Shown here piece by piece: positions 24,042 through 36,070 of a DNA stretch of 64,000 nt. The position numbers and the translations under genes were made by a program. The notes below the pieces were generated by a model. That model was given only the letters and a program-made list of their open reading frames with translations. It was not told the DNA's origin and made no database searches. The stretch is from Felis catus (taxonomy: Eukaryota). Position 1 is the first letter of the stretch. Each line of letters opens with the position of its first letter. Where the stretch lies: contig NC_058368.1 in NCBI RefSeq assembly GCF_018350175.1, positions 188,234,001 to 188,298,000 of the forward strand, in the 5' to 3' direction.

Positions 24042-25003
24042 CATGTTTTTTGGTTTTTGTTTTAATTTTGATTCCAGTGTAGTTAGCATACAGTGCTATA
24101 TTAGTTTCAGGTGTACAACAGACTGATTCAACACTTGCATACAACACCATCAGTGTGTTCTCTATAGTTAAGAGTGTTTCTTGATTTGTCTCTCTTTTTT
24201 TTCCTTTGCTCATTTGTTTTGTTTCTTAAATTCCACATATGAGTGAAATCATACGGTATTTGTCTTTCTCTGACTGACTTATTTCCCTTAGCATTACTCT
24301 CTAGCTCCATCTATGTCATTGCAAAATTTGAGAATTCATTCTTTTTTATGGCTGAGTAATATTCCACATAATATACATACATATATATACACATTATGAA
24401 TATATATTTATATATATTCCATATATTCTTTATCCATTTATCAGTCAATGGACACTTGGGCTACTTCCATACCTTGGCTATTGTAAATAACCCCAATAAA
24501 CATTGGGTAATATTCCACATAATATACATACATATATATATACACATTATGAATATGTATTTATATATATTCCATATATTCTTTATCCATTTATCAGTCA
24601 ATGGACACTTGGGCTACTTCCATACCTTGGCTATTGTAAATAACCCCAATAAACATTGGGGTGCATGTATCCCTTTGAATTAGTAGCTTTGTATTCTTTT
24701 GGCAAATAACCAGTAGTGGGATTACTGGATCATAGGGTAGTTCTATTTTTAATGAGGACCCTCTATACCATTTTCCACAGTGGCTGCTCCAGTTTGCATT
24801 CCCACCAACAGTGCAAGAGGGCTCCCCTTTCTCCACATCCTCCCCAACACTTGTTGTTTCTTTTGTTTTTGATTTTAGCCATTCTGACAGGTGTGAGGTG
24901 GCATTTTATCATGGTTTTGATCTGCATTTCCCTGATGGTGAGTGATATTGAGCATCTTTTCATATGTCTGTGGGCCATCTGGACATCTTCCTTGGAGAAA
25001 GGA
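24042..25003 (-). mobile_element. Carnivore L1 3' end (ORF2 C-terminus + 3' UTR)
   Basis: Minus ORFs 24763-25014 ([18 protein letters not shown]...[14 protein letters not shown]) and 24594-24836 (IELPYDPVIPLL...DTCTPMF) are L1 ORF2 C-terminal motifs. Confidence 0.95.
24356..24659. repeat. Tandem duplication, 151 bp + 153 bp
   Basis: 24356-24506 repeated at 24507-24659; copies differ by one substitution and one TA unit. Confidence 0.95.
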
Positions 25004-25238
25004 TTGTGTTTCATTCAGGTTCTTTCTACCTCACTACCCACTCTAAGAAGCCCAGTATGTGTGGTGTCATCCTCTATAATACCAGCCCTTTTGGCAGCTT
25101 CCTCTGAATAATCAGTGACACATCAATAACACATCAGTGACATGCAGTCTTTCATCACCACTCCTCTATATTTAGATCTTAAGTGCCCATTTCATTGTGA
25201 TATCCTGTGGGCAGATGTGCTAGATGCAGTGTTTACTC

Positions 25239-25634
25239 TGTTATGGACTGAATATTCGTGTCCCCCTCCCCCAAATTCGTATGTTGAAACCATAACCCCC
25301 AATGTAATAGTATTTGGAGATAGGGAGTTTAGGAGGCAACTAATGTTAGATGAGGTCATGTGGTTGGGGCCCTCGTGATGGGATTAGTGTCCTTAGAATA
25401 AGACATAGCAGAGAGTTGGTGCTCTCTCTCTCCTTGCTCATGCACCAAAGAGAGCTCATGTGAGGACACAGTGAGAAGGTGGCTATCTGCAAGCCAGGAA
25501 GAAAGATCTCACCAGAATCCAACCATTCTGGCACCCTGGACTTCTAGCCTCCACAATTGTAAGAAATAAATGTCTGTTGTTTAAACCACCCAGTCCATGG
25601 TATTTTGTTATGGCAGCATGAGCAGATTAAGACA
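25239..25634 (+). mobile_element. MaLR solo LTR, MLT1A-like
   Basis: tgttatggactgaat...ccccaaattcgtatgttgaaacc...tattttgttatggcagc...taagaca. Confidence 0.9.
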
Positions 25635-25679
25635 GCTTTTCTAGGCCTCCTTTATTCCTTTATTGGGACTGCCCTCTTC

Positions 25680-26120
25680 ACATTCGCTCCCTTCCATAAG
25701 AGGAAGCTGTCCTCCTAAAATAACTGAAGCTGTCCAGGTCACAGCTGTTTGGTCCACATTGGGTAAGTAACTCTCTCCCTCCCCACCCATGCCATGGCTG
25801 ATTGGTCCAATCAGAGAATTTCCATAAACTTCCACAATATGAAAGTCACTCTCTCTCCAGTGGTATGAGCAGAAAGGGTAAAATCAGGGGACGTTCATGG
25901 ACATTGTCCTACCATGCAAAGAATGAGGCCAACACCAAGGCATAGTGGATGTGAGAACCAAGTGGAGGCCTCATACTGCTGAGTCTGCATCCAGTTTTCC
26001 TGAGCCCTGGCTATGGCCCTGCCCTTCCTGTGACTTGAAATTTATGCTTGCATTCTGGGGCCAATAAATTCCCCTTTACTTAAGCAACTTTGGCAGGGAT
26101 GTCTGTCACTTGTTCTAAGA
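25680..26120 (+). mobile_element. Old ERVL LTR (LTR16-like)
   Basis: ggctgattggtccaatcagag...ccaataaattcccctttacttaagc...tctgtcacttg. Confidence 0.55.
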
Positions 26121-26454
26121 GGAATTAAATGTAATACTTCTTCAGAAAGCTACACAAAGATTAGGAGAGTAATAAGTACTTGTTGATTGCCTGTTTACCA
26201 TTTATTGGCTTAAGTCTTGCTGAGAGATACCATCCTGGGAAAATATTGACTGCTAGAGACTTCAACCAGAAGACATAACCCCAGGCAGCTCACACTTGCA
26301 GTACTTGTGAAATTCATTACTACAGACTAGTCTAGCCCAGAGGGTAAAAACAAATGAAGGAGCCTCTGGCTAGGAAGGGGAGAAACAGACACAGCAATGG
26401 CTTTGCCCCAGGACAACACACTCAAAATGGTGACAAAAGATGAAGGAGAAGGTA

Positions 26455-26590
26455 AATAGTCTGGACCATGGATCAGAAGACCTGGATCTTCACCCTGGAT
26501 CTACTACTGACTAGCTGTGGGACCCTGGAATAATCACAGGGCTTGTGTTTTCTCATTTATAGAATGAGAAGGTTAGATGAGACAACTTTT
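26455..26590 (+). mobile_element. MIR SINE
   Basis: tcagaagacctgg...ctgactagctgtgggaccctgg...tttctcatttatagaatgag. Confidence 0.6.
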
Positions 26591-29489
26591 GAGATGTAAA
26601 AGGTGAGGCTTCCCTTTCCCTTTACTCACAGTGGGGGGGGGGGTGCTCTTAACCCATACCCTCATTTGAAGGGAGTTATGGGCTCTCCTCTCTCAATCTG
26701 AGGAGGTCATCACATTCTGCCTAAGGTGTGCCAATCCCTGCAGGTGGCAATCACCGTTACAGATCTGTCTGGAGAGGAAAGAGGTGGTCCTTGGGAAGGT
26801 CTTTCCTTAGATGGAGAGTTGGACATCCTCAGTGTGGATGGACACTATAGAGATCGATTTAAGGGCCATCAAATTTACCAAGGAGGAGAACGTGGTCTTC
26901 CAAATCAAGGTGGCGGAGTGACAAGCTTGCAGGGACAGAGAACTGTGCCAGGCAGAAACAGGAGCCAAATAGAGAGCAAATGGCTGTTCCTGTTTGGCAG
27001 ATGATAATGAGGACCTAGGGAAGCTAGATCTTGTGAGAAAAGAAATAAACCAAAACAGAAATCAGATTGCAATGTGAAATCTTACTGTTTTAAAATGGGA
27101 GCATCCAAACAACAAAAACAACAAATACTATCAGGGGAAAAATAATACAACAATAATAAAAATCATGCCGGTAGACTCAATCTGAACCATGGCCTTGGCA
27201 CAGTATGGTGTATATGTTACATTATGATTCCAAGATCCATAATACCTTATCATACCAACTCACTAGAGCTTCCAACATCCCAGGGAGAGTCACCAAGTAC
27301 AGGCAACACATTAAAGTTGCTTGATTTGCATGCATGTAAAGTCTACAGTTTTATAGCCTGACAAGTGGAGGTAGTAGGCCAGCATGTGCAGTAGTCAAAC
27401 TAGTAGGTTTCATTAAGGATGAGATGTTGAGTTTCCACGGCACCATGATGCTTGCTTTCACTTCATGCTCATGCTATGCTGATGCTCTCCTGGTGCTTGA
27501 GGGTCCCATCTCGGGCTGGGAACTCTAGACCTCACCCTAGATCCAATCCCCACTGCTAGGTTAGGTGGCTTCTATAGGAGAGAGCACCCAGCGCTTTAAA
27601 CTATGTGAACCATCACAATCCCCTGTGATGTGGGGAAAGGTTGGGGTACTGTGGCCTCTTCCATCCCAAAGGAATGTGTATATGTCTATGCGGTATTGTA
27701 TCTTAATAAGAAGGTTTGGCTTAAAAAGTTCAGATCATTTTATATTGGATAAGGTTTTGTTATGTTCAATAATTTTTATGATCAATAGCAGTCATTTGGG
27801 AAGCCTATCTCTGGTGGGTTTCTACCTATTATACTAAATCCAAGGAGCAAATGTAACAGGATTTGCTGAAGGCCTTAGATCTTCAAACCTGAGCCTCCCA
27901 AAAACAACAAAGAGAAGCAAATTTAGAGTATCTGTTTCCATGGACACTTTGATTCTCAGTCTCTTGCTCTTTTCTTCTTTCCATCCTTCTATCCTGAACT
28001 CAACTCTTCTTCTCTGGCTAGCAAAGGTTAGAAGACCCAAATGAGCCCAAAGTCATTAGCCTAAGTCTTTCTTGTTCAAAGAAAGGAACCATAAGGAAAC
28101 CAAAGAGAGAAAACAAGGAAGAAGTAGAAAGTTGAGAGGTGGGCATTCTAAAACAAGGTCATTCATCTATATTTAATTCTGTTCATTTTTTATGCTATTT
28201 GACATTTACTTTCCATTTACCTCTGTTTGTTTTGCTGATAAGGAAGCAAAATTCAGGCATTTTAAGTGCCCAAAAGGGAAGGATATTCCAGCCACCATTG
28301 TAGATAAGCCTCCCAGACATGCAGACACATCTCTCAAGCTTGGTTCAGTGGAAACAGATTGGGGATTTTCACCACCTAAGTCCCCAGTGTTAGGGGCTGT
28401 CAGCTCTGATCATCTATCTTGTTGATTATCCAGGTGCTTTGTTGTTTTGTTCCATCCTGCCTACTGCCTGAGTAAGCTCAATGTCAAATTATCAGTCTGG
28501 AATGAGGAAGTATGGGAAAGGGCATGTATGGAAAAGAGTGGGAATGTTCTCCAGCATGTTGGAAGGAATCTTCTAAAAACTTACCCATGATCCCTAAAGT
28601 AGAGTCACTCCTGTCTCTGCAGTCCAGTCATACCTAAGGACATTAGCCTAGGCAGTTAGTGAGCAGTATAACCAGTGGTCCCAACATCCTACTTGAACAG
28701 AGTTCTAGACCCTTCTTCTCTATCCAGGGCTGCAGGTCATCTAACAGATGTAGACATGTATCAGATGGAAAAGTGAGTTAGGGGACTCAAAACTGTCTAG
28801 ACTGCTTGGAGGGTAAAAGGGAGTGCTGTTCATAGGTACACAAGGACACCAGACATACAATCACACGGACTGGTATCATTATTCTTCTCATGAATCATGA
28901 AGACAAGCAGTCTCAAACTTTTTCTTGTCCTGGGTCCCTTTGAGAATGGGATGAAATTTATGTACTTTCACCCTGCATACATGTACATTGTTTTGCATAA
29001 AAATTCTGGAGTATCAGAAGCCCTCTTCATCCCATCCATTGATCCCAAGCTAGCAACCTTTTATAGCAAAGATAATAATAATTGCCTGTAAAACCACCTG
29101 TCCCCCAGTGTTCACTCACTTATATGAGGGAAAAAGAGGGGGCTTCAGAATTCTGTGTGGTCCTGAAAGAACCCCACCATGATCTCACCCCAAAAACTCT
29201 GCCTTAACACTATCAGGTCAGCACTAATCTCCCTATGCCTCTCATTCCGGATCTGTCTAGTCATTGGGTCCCCCATGCCAGTCCTTACATCCCACACCTC
29301 AATCTTCATTCAGCTCAGGGAGTGGTTGGGGAAAACAATGCGTGTGCACCCTGCTACTCCCCAGTACCATGGCACTTATCACTGTCTAAATATCATTTTA
29401 CCTGTCTGACTCCTTTAGGCATGAGGTGTCAGGGGCTTGGTGCATAAAAGACTCTTTGTATACATATTTTGAATGAAAACCTAATTAAT

Positions 29490-29715
29490 AGAAAGCTAAC
29501 ATTTATGGAGCACCTACTACATACCTGGCATGTAAACACTTTTGCATATAGTGTTTCATTTCATCTTTGCAACAACCCAATGAGAGAAGTACTTATTACT
29601 TTTATTTTATAGATGAGGAGACGGAGACTTACCAAGGTTATGGAAGGTATCCAAAGTCACAGAGCTAGTGAGCAGTGGAGCCAAGTTTCATTCCAGCAGC
29701 TGTGCTCCTAAGTAC
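29490..29715 (-). mobile_element. MIR SINE
   Basis: agctaacatttatggagcacctact...ttttatagatgaggagacggag...ccaaagtcacagagctagt. Confidence 0.8.
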
Positions 29716-29871
29716 TAGGGTCTGATGAGGTTTAAGTCATTACCTGAAATATCCTAAGCTACAGGTTATTCTGGGTCACAGATGGGATATCTTGACCTGT
29801 TTTCTGTCTTTGTCTCAGCTGTGTTTTCTGTTATTCTAACAGATGGCGAGATAAACTCGATCTGTTCTACC

Positions 29872-29874
<3 letters not shown>

Positions 29875-29908
<34 letters not shown>
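29875..29908. repeat. (AC)n microsatellite
   Basis: Directly visible. Confidence 0.95.
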
Positions 29909-29909
<1 letters not shown>

Positions 29910-30834
29910 ATTTCCTCCCATAGCACATACCATAAGGAGATTTGGAACACTGGACCTAGAAATATTTGATTAGAACAAGTATCTTCATGAAACTACACAG
30001 TATTACTCACTTTCCACCACCCCTGGGTAAACCGTATCCACCAGATGAGAAGTCAGGTTGGTCCCAATTGAGCATTCACGGCATGCTTGGAGCGTGAGCT
30101 GAGGAGCCTGGCATACGCTCAGAATGATACATTGCACCTGCAAGACTGCAATGGCGCATTCATTTCTCATTCATGGGAAGAGTGGGACACCTCTGGAAAG
30201 AACAGGTCTGGAGCAGATGACTGAGAATTGACCAAAAAGCAAGCAAGTTGTCTGCTTGAAAGGACAGGACCATCTTCCAAAATAGAGCCCTCACTGCCTC
30301 CGCTAAGACGGTGCTGCAAAGGGAGAGGTGGGGGTGCCCCATCGCCACACAGAGAAAATCATGTGCAGAATCTGCATTAACCTCCACATTCCCATAAAGG
30401 CCAATTTTTCTCATGCTAAATAGAGTCATCACTTATCTGTATTAGTGATATTACAGAAGGTTCAAATTCAGATGGTCCCCTTTCTTTCCCCTTCAAAGCC
30501 CCAGTGGGGTTAGAAATGTCCACATTAAGACATTAAAGGTTTCTGATAAATTCACTCATTTGGTATGCATGGACATGCCAGGAATTGGGCTGAAGGACAC
30601 AGGAATGGAAAAAGAAGGAAAAAAAAAAAAAGCAGGGCTCTCGTCTCCCATTCTCCTCAGACTAGACTTCACGTGGGGCAGTCACACTTTCCAAGGAGCA
30701 TATTCTTAGGTCATCATCGGCATTGTGTCAGCAAGAGCTGCGGTACCTCTGAGTCACCTGCAGGACCAGAGCCCAGAGGTGGGCATTCTAAGGCATCTTA
30801 GCTACATCAAGTCTGATTGCAGGGTTTTCCAGTA

Positions 30835-31010
30835 GGATCTCAGAAGTTGTGGTGGGTCCCACTGGTCCCAGAACATTTACACCAGAATCACCTTGGGTGC
30901 TATTCTAAATGCAGATCGCTATGTCTATGAAATCAAAATCTCAGGGTGGTGGGCCAAAAATGTGCAAAAGGAGTGTTTAATGTGTGCCCTACCCATGACC
31001 ACTGGCCTAG
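30835..31010. mobile_element. hAT-Charlie MITE (MER5-like)
   Basis: cagaatcaccttgggtgctattctaaatgcagat...aatcaaaatctcagggtggtggg. Confidence 0.55.
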
Positions 31011-31134
31011 TGCCCATGGCTCTAGATCCCTAAGCCCACATTTAGGAGCAAGAGATACAACACATTACTCTGTTCTTTTCCCTTTGGTGACTTTTCTCAT
31101 TGTGCTAGCTTAAGACCATCTATTTAGGAGCTAG

Positions 31135-31350
31135 TAGAGAATTTGTTAAGAGCTTGAGCTTTATAAATCAGGAGAGCCAGGTCGAAATCACTAAGTAGTC
31201 ACAGTTACCTGGGACAAGTTACTTAGCTTTTTGAGCCCCAGTCAACTCACATGTTAGGTGGGGCGTACTACCTACCTCTTGGTATTGCTATGGAAGGTAT
31301 TAGATGCGATAATGCCTGTGAGACGTCTGTCTGGTGCAGTGCTTGGAAAG
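31135..31350 (+). mobile_element. MIR SINE
   Basis: gttaagagcttgagcttt...caagttacttagc...gtactacctacctc. Confidence 0.55.
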
Positions 31351-31549
31351 GAGCAGGATAATGGCAGTGCTGGAGATGGTGGCGGTGGTGGTGATAGTGA
31401 CATTGAGGCCTAGGGCCAGGAGGAAGGGGTGCTGACGGACATATGAGGAGTCTTAGGTTTAAAATCTGAGAACTTGGCAAAGTGAAGTAAGAAAAAGGAT
31501 GGGTGAGTTATGAGAGGGTCACTGTCAGGGATACAGGAAGCACCCTAAC

Positions 31550-31771
31550 CAGGGGTTCTGCAAACTACATCTCTTGGGTCAAATTCAGTCTGGCATCTGT
31601 TTGTAAATAAAGTTATATTGGAACACAGCCAGGCCCTGTGTTTACATACTCTCTATGGATGCTTTCAAGCCACAATGGCAGAGTTGAGTAGCTGTGACAG
31701 AGACCATATGGCCCACAGAGCTTAAAATATTTACTAATGGGTCCTTTTCAGAAAAAGTTTACCAATCCCTA
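31550..31771. mobile_element. hAT-Charlie MITE MER58A-like
   Basis: caggggttctgcaaacta...gtaaataaagttatattggaacacagcca...cagaaaaagtttaccaatccct. Confidence 0.85.
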
Positions 31772-31884
31772 TTCCAGCAGGCTGGAGGAGGGACTTTTAT
31801 ATAGGAAAAGGGGGCCCAAGAGAAGATACTGAATAATATGGAAGACAAAGGTACCAGCTGAGCTGACCTGTGCTGCCCAACAAC

Positions 31885-32150
31885 ATCCACACACACAACA
31901 GGACACACACACACACATACACACACACACATACGAAACATCCCCCACACTTAGTACACATGACACACATAGTCCCACTACATAACCACTGCATCCACAA
32001 ACACTCCCCACAACCCCAGACACTCCTACATATCCCACTAACCCACACACATCCCATACAAAACACTCCCAACACCCACATGTATCCATATTGCCCCCCA
32101 TGCCTTACATAACTGCCCTCCCCCACACTACATTCTTCCACACAGACACT
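31885..32150. repeat. Degenerate CA-rich low-complexity tract
   Basis: C/A-rich cryptic repeat; source of the H/T- and V/C-rich ORFs. Confidence 0.85.
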
Positions 32151-32229
32151 GCTTCCCATCAGGAGACTGGAAGGATTTGTTCTCCTTCTAAGGGTTTCTC
32201 AGCACACCCATCCCCCAGCCTTGCCAAGG

Positions 32230-32365
32230 TAAAGGAGCATGAAGTTAGGGGCTAGGATACTTGGACCCAGTCCTGGTCCTGCCACTGACCAGCTCTGTGA
32301 CCTTGCACAGGTCGTTTTATCTTTCTGAGCCTCAGGGTCCTCATCTGTGCAATGAAGAGGCTGGA
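32230..32365 (+). mobile_element. MIR SINE
   Basis: ctgccactgaccagctctgtgaccttg...tctgagcctcagggtcctcatctgt. Confidence 0.65.
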
Positions 32366-32590
32366 CTTGCTGGACCATTTACTGATATACCTGAAGAGCA
32401 GGCATCTCATGCAGGGGCCACTAGTCTTTCTGTGTCTGTTAGGACAACATTGCTGGGAGTGAGGAACTGACTGGATAACTGGATATCCTTTTGGTCCTTA
32501 GCACCAGGTTTCAGGCTCATGCCCTGGGAATGGCATGAGTACTCTCCACATGACTTTGGACATGATGGTCAATAAACAAGTGTTGATTAG

Positions 32591-32987
32591 TGTTACAGAA
32601 TGAATTGTGCCGCCCCCACCCCCGACTCTGACCCCTGCCAAATTCACAGTTGAAGCCCTAACCTCCAATGTGATGGTGTTTTGAGACAGGACTTTTAAAA
32701 AGGAAGTTATTAAGGTTAAGCAAGATCATTAGGGTGATGCCCTAATCCAATGGGATTGGTGCCTTTGTAGGAGACTGTCTCCATGCCTACACAGAGAAAA
32801 GACCATGGGAGGACACAGTGAGAAGGGGGTTGTCTACAAGTCAGGAAGAGAGGTCTCACCAGAAACTGACCCGACTGCGCCGTAAGCTCAGAGTTCTGGT
32901 CTCCAGAACCATGGGAAAATAAATTTCTGTTGTTTAAGCTGTCCAGTCTGTGGTATTTTGTTATGGCCGCCCTCACTGACTAATACA
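32591..32987 (+). mobile_element. MaLR solo LTR, MLT1A-like
   Basis: tgttacagaatgaattgtg...gttgaagccctaacc...ggtattttgttatggccgccctcactgactaataca. Confidence 0.9.
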
Positions 32988-33359
32988 TCTAGATTCCTGA
33001 CTTGGAGATTCTGTGAGGGATAACAACGACACAGGATTTAGTTCAAAGGGCTTCTTCTGCAGGTGCAGATTAGGAAGGAGGAGTAGAGACACAGGACATC
33101 ACTTCACCTTGGCCAGGCTGGGGGATGGGTGTTCACACCCACTCTTGCTCAGTTTCATTTCAACATTCTTTTGCCTGTGGGTGGATGGACTTAGTGGGTT
33201 TTGTTTTTTGGGTTTTTTTGCGTGGTTTTTTTTTGTTCGTTTGTTTTTTGTTTTGTTGTTTTTGACAAACAGGGAGGAGAAATGGGCTTTGAAGTCAGGA
33301 AGTCTACATTCCAATCTGAGTTCCACAGTATTATACAAGTCAGGTCCAGCTTGGCTTTG

Positions 33360-33545
33360 GGGTTGAACAGATCTGAAGTTAAAAACCTGTTATACCTCTA
33401 GTTGTGTGACCTTGGGCAATTTACCCAACACCTCTGATGGATATTCGCTTTATCTATAAAAGGGGAACAATATTAGTAATTTGCTGGGTCATTGTGAAGA
33501 TTAAACGCCAATAGAGCATACAAAGAATTTGGTTCATATTAGGTA
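33360..33545 (+). mobile_element. MIR SINE
   Basis: tagttgtgtgaccttgggcaattt...cattgtgaagattaaa. Confidence 0.65.
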
Positions 33546-33584
33546 ATGCCATGCACTATAACAAATGCAGCTCACAAGAAGGCA

Positions 33585-34371
33585 GTTGCATTAATTACTT
33601 TTTGTTATGTAACAAATTACCCCAAAACTTAATGGCTTAAAACAACAAATATTTATTATTTCACAGTTTCTTTAGGGTAAGAATCTGCACATGGCTTAGC
33701 TTGCTGCCTCCATTCTTTAAAAAAAATTTTTTTTAATGTTTATTTATTTTTTAGAGAGAGAGAGTGAGCGAGGGAGGGTCAGAAAGGGGGAGACAAAGGA
33801 TCTGAAGCAGACTCCAGCGCAGTGAGCGCAGAGCCTGACGCAGCCCTCAAACTCACAAACCGTGAGATCATGACCTGACCTGAAACCAAGAGTCGGATGC
33901 TTAACCAACTGAGCCACCCAGGTGCCCCTTGCTGCCTCCATCCTAAGGTTTCATACAAAGCTCCAACTAATGAATTGGTCAGGATTGTCAGCTCATCTGA
34001 ACCTGACTGGGGGAGCATCTGCTCACTCACGTGGTGTTTCAGGAACTGGTTCCTTGCTGTATTGAGAGCCTCCTTTCCTTGCTGGCTCTATCAGTTCCTT
34101 GCTATGTTGGCCTCTTTATAGGGCAGCTCACACCATGGCATCTGGCTTCCCACACAGTAAATAAGAAAGCATAATAGAGTGTCCAATATGAAAGTTATAG
34201 TCTTTTTGCAATTGAATCTTAAAAGTGACATCTTATTACCTTAAGTCACATTCTATTCATTAGAAATCAATCACGAGGTCCAGAACATACTCAAGGGAAG
34301 GGGATTACCAAGGACATGAAGGCCAGGAGGTGGGGATCACTGGAGGCCATTGTAGAGGCTGCTGATCACAG
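33585..34371 (-). mobile_element. MaLR LTR (MLT1F-like) interrupted by a Can-SINE
   Basis: tgtaacaaattaccccaaaacttaatggcttaaaacaac...ccaggaggtggggatcactggaggccat. Confidence 0.8.
33716..33928 (-). mobile_element. Can-SINE
   Basis: Reverse head; TSD ttgctgcctccat. Confidence 0.95.
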
Positions 34372-34416
34372 TACCAATTGTGAAGAAATGCACAAACACG
34401 ATCTGGAATGAGACTA

Positions 34417-34697
34417 CAGCCAGTCCTCATTATTTGCAAATTTGTAAATTGGCCTGCCTGCTAAAATTTACTTATAAGTCCAAAATCAATAGTTATGGCA
34501 CTTTCATGGTCATTTGCTGACATGTCCAAAGCAGTGCAGAATTTGAGTCACCTAATTCAGACATCTGCAGCTGATACGGGACAACAAAAGGAACCTAACC
34601 TTGCATTTCCCTTAGAAACAATGGTTCAGTGTTCACTAATTCAGTGTTTATGCTGACTTTATAGAACATAGTCACTATGAATAGCACGAATTGATTG
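34417..34697. mobile_element. TcMar-Tigger element, MER82-like, internally deleted
   Basis: Flanked by TA on both sides; cagccagtcctcattatttgc...ggaacctaaccttgcatttccc...gactttatagaacata. Confidence 0.75.
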
Positions 34698-34699
34698 TA

Positions 34700-34905
34700 C
34701 TTGGGTTTGAAATCCAGTGTCACCTCTTGCGCCGCTGTGCCATCCTGAGCAAGCTTCTTAACCTCTCTGTGTTTTATTTTCACTGAATAGAATGAGAATA
34801 ACAACAGGACACATCGCCCAAGGTCTTTGGGGAGGATGAATTGTAATGTAGTCGGTGGCACATAGCAAATGCTTAACAAATAGGAGATATTTTTATAATT
34901 ATTAT
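34700..34905 (+). mobile_element. MIR SINE
   Basis: gcaagcttcttaacctctctgtg...ggcacatagcaaatgcttaacaaat. Confidence 0.65.
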
Positions 34906-35884
34906 TGTCTGACCTCAGTTTCATCTGAATTACACTAAATTTTCGGAGACTTCCCTCAGATTCCTGGACAGTGCTGGGCACAGAGTAGGTACTCCTTGAC
35001 CACATACTGAATAAAATAAAGATTCTCTGATTCCATCAGAGATCTAGAGCTGGAGGAGAGAGAGGACTTCTGTGCCTGGCTTCTGGGTTTGAGATCATAA
35101 TTGTAGCTGATGGGGGTGGGAAGATAGGACGCATTATAAAACCTCTCACACCAGAGCCCACATGAAGACACTAAATCCATAGTATTGACAGACTGTTAAC
35201 TCACTTCCCCCAGGCACCCAGAGAACACCCAGCAGATGGAAATGTACCCAAGAGACAGCAGCCATGGTATTTTCCCCACATCACCAGGCATGAGGCCAGA
35301 AGTGGATTTGGCCACAGCACACAAAGGGATCAATCATCTGTAAATAAGTCGCCTACGTAGTCTCAGAGATGATTCTTCATCTCTAAACGCTGAGTCATCG
35401 CCACAGGAGCTGACGTGTAAAATCTCTATGGCTTCTGGGTTTGGGATCCAACCTTGCTTTTGCAAGTTGCTCTCCAACCCAAAGGCCCTGTCTTCCTCCA
35501 AGTTGGACAGCATTTGGGAGCTCTCCATCACCGACCATCTTCAGGAGGGGGCACGGGTGGATTTCAAGAGCTACTGTCATTCACCTTCTCTTGGGAAGGC
35601 AGAAAAATTATTCGAGAGGGTTATCATGGCCGCAGCGGACGGGGGTGTGTGTGGAGGATGGCTTGTTTCTTGAGGGCATCCTGACGGAGTTGTGTGACTC
35701 AGGCTCAATTAATCTCTCTGAGACTTAGTTGCCCTCATCAGTGAAATAAGAATGGTAAACAGTGCCTATTTTATAAACCTATGGAGATTCACCCATGTAA
35801 GGCGAAAGTAACTTAATTTGTTCCCAGTGGAATCATATCACCACGCACCCCTCCTTCTCAGCATTTAGTAATAGCTGCTTACAA

Positions 35885-36070
35885 TAGGTAACTTTTATTG
35901 AGTACGATGTCCCACGCATGCTCTCATTCACTCCCCCACAAACCCGATTACTATTCCCATGAGACGACAGAACTGAGACACAGAGACGTAAAGTTACTTG
36001 CCTAAGGTCACGAAGCTAAGAATTGGCAGAGCTGGGATTTACCCCTGGATCATCTGACTGCAGAGCTTGG
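35885..36070 (-). mobile_element. MIR SINE
   Basis: aactgagacacagag...ttacttgcctaaggtcac...ggcagagctgggattt. Confidence 0.7.

Noticed and set aside
24594..25014. ORFs with recognisable protein motifs
   Set aside because: Frameshifted L1 ORF2 C-terminus; reported as a mobile element, not a CDS
26737..26750. CTCF-like motif CCTGCAGGTGGCA
   Set aside because: Imperfect single match; cannot be supported without PWM scoring or ChIP data
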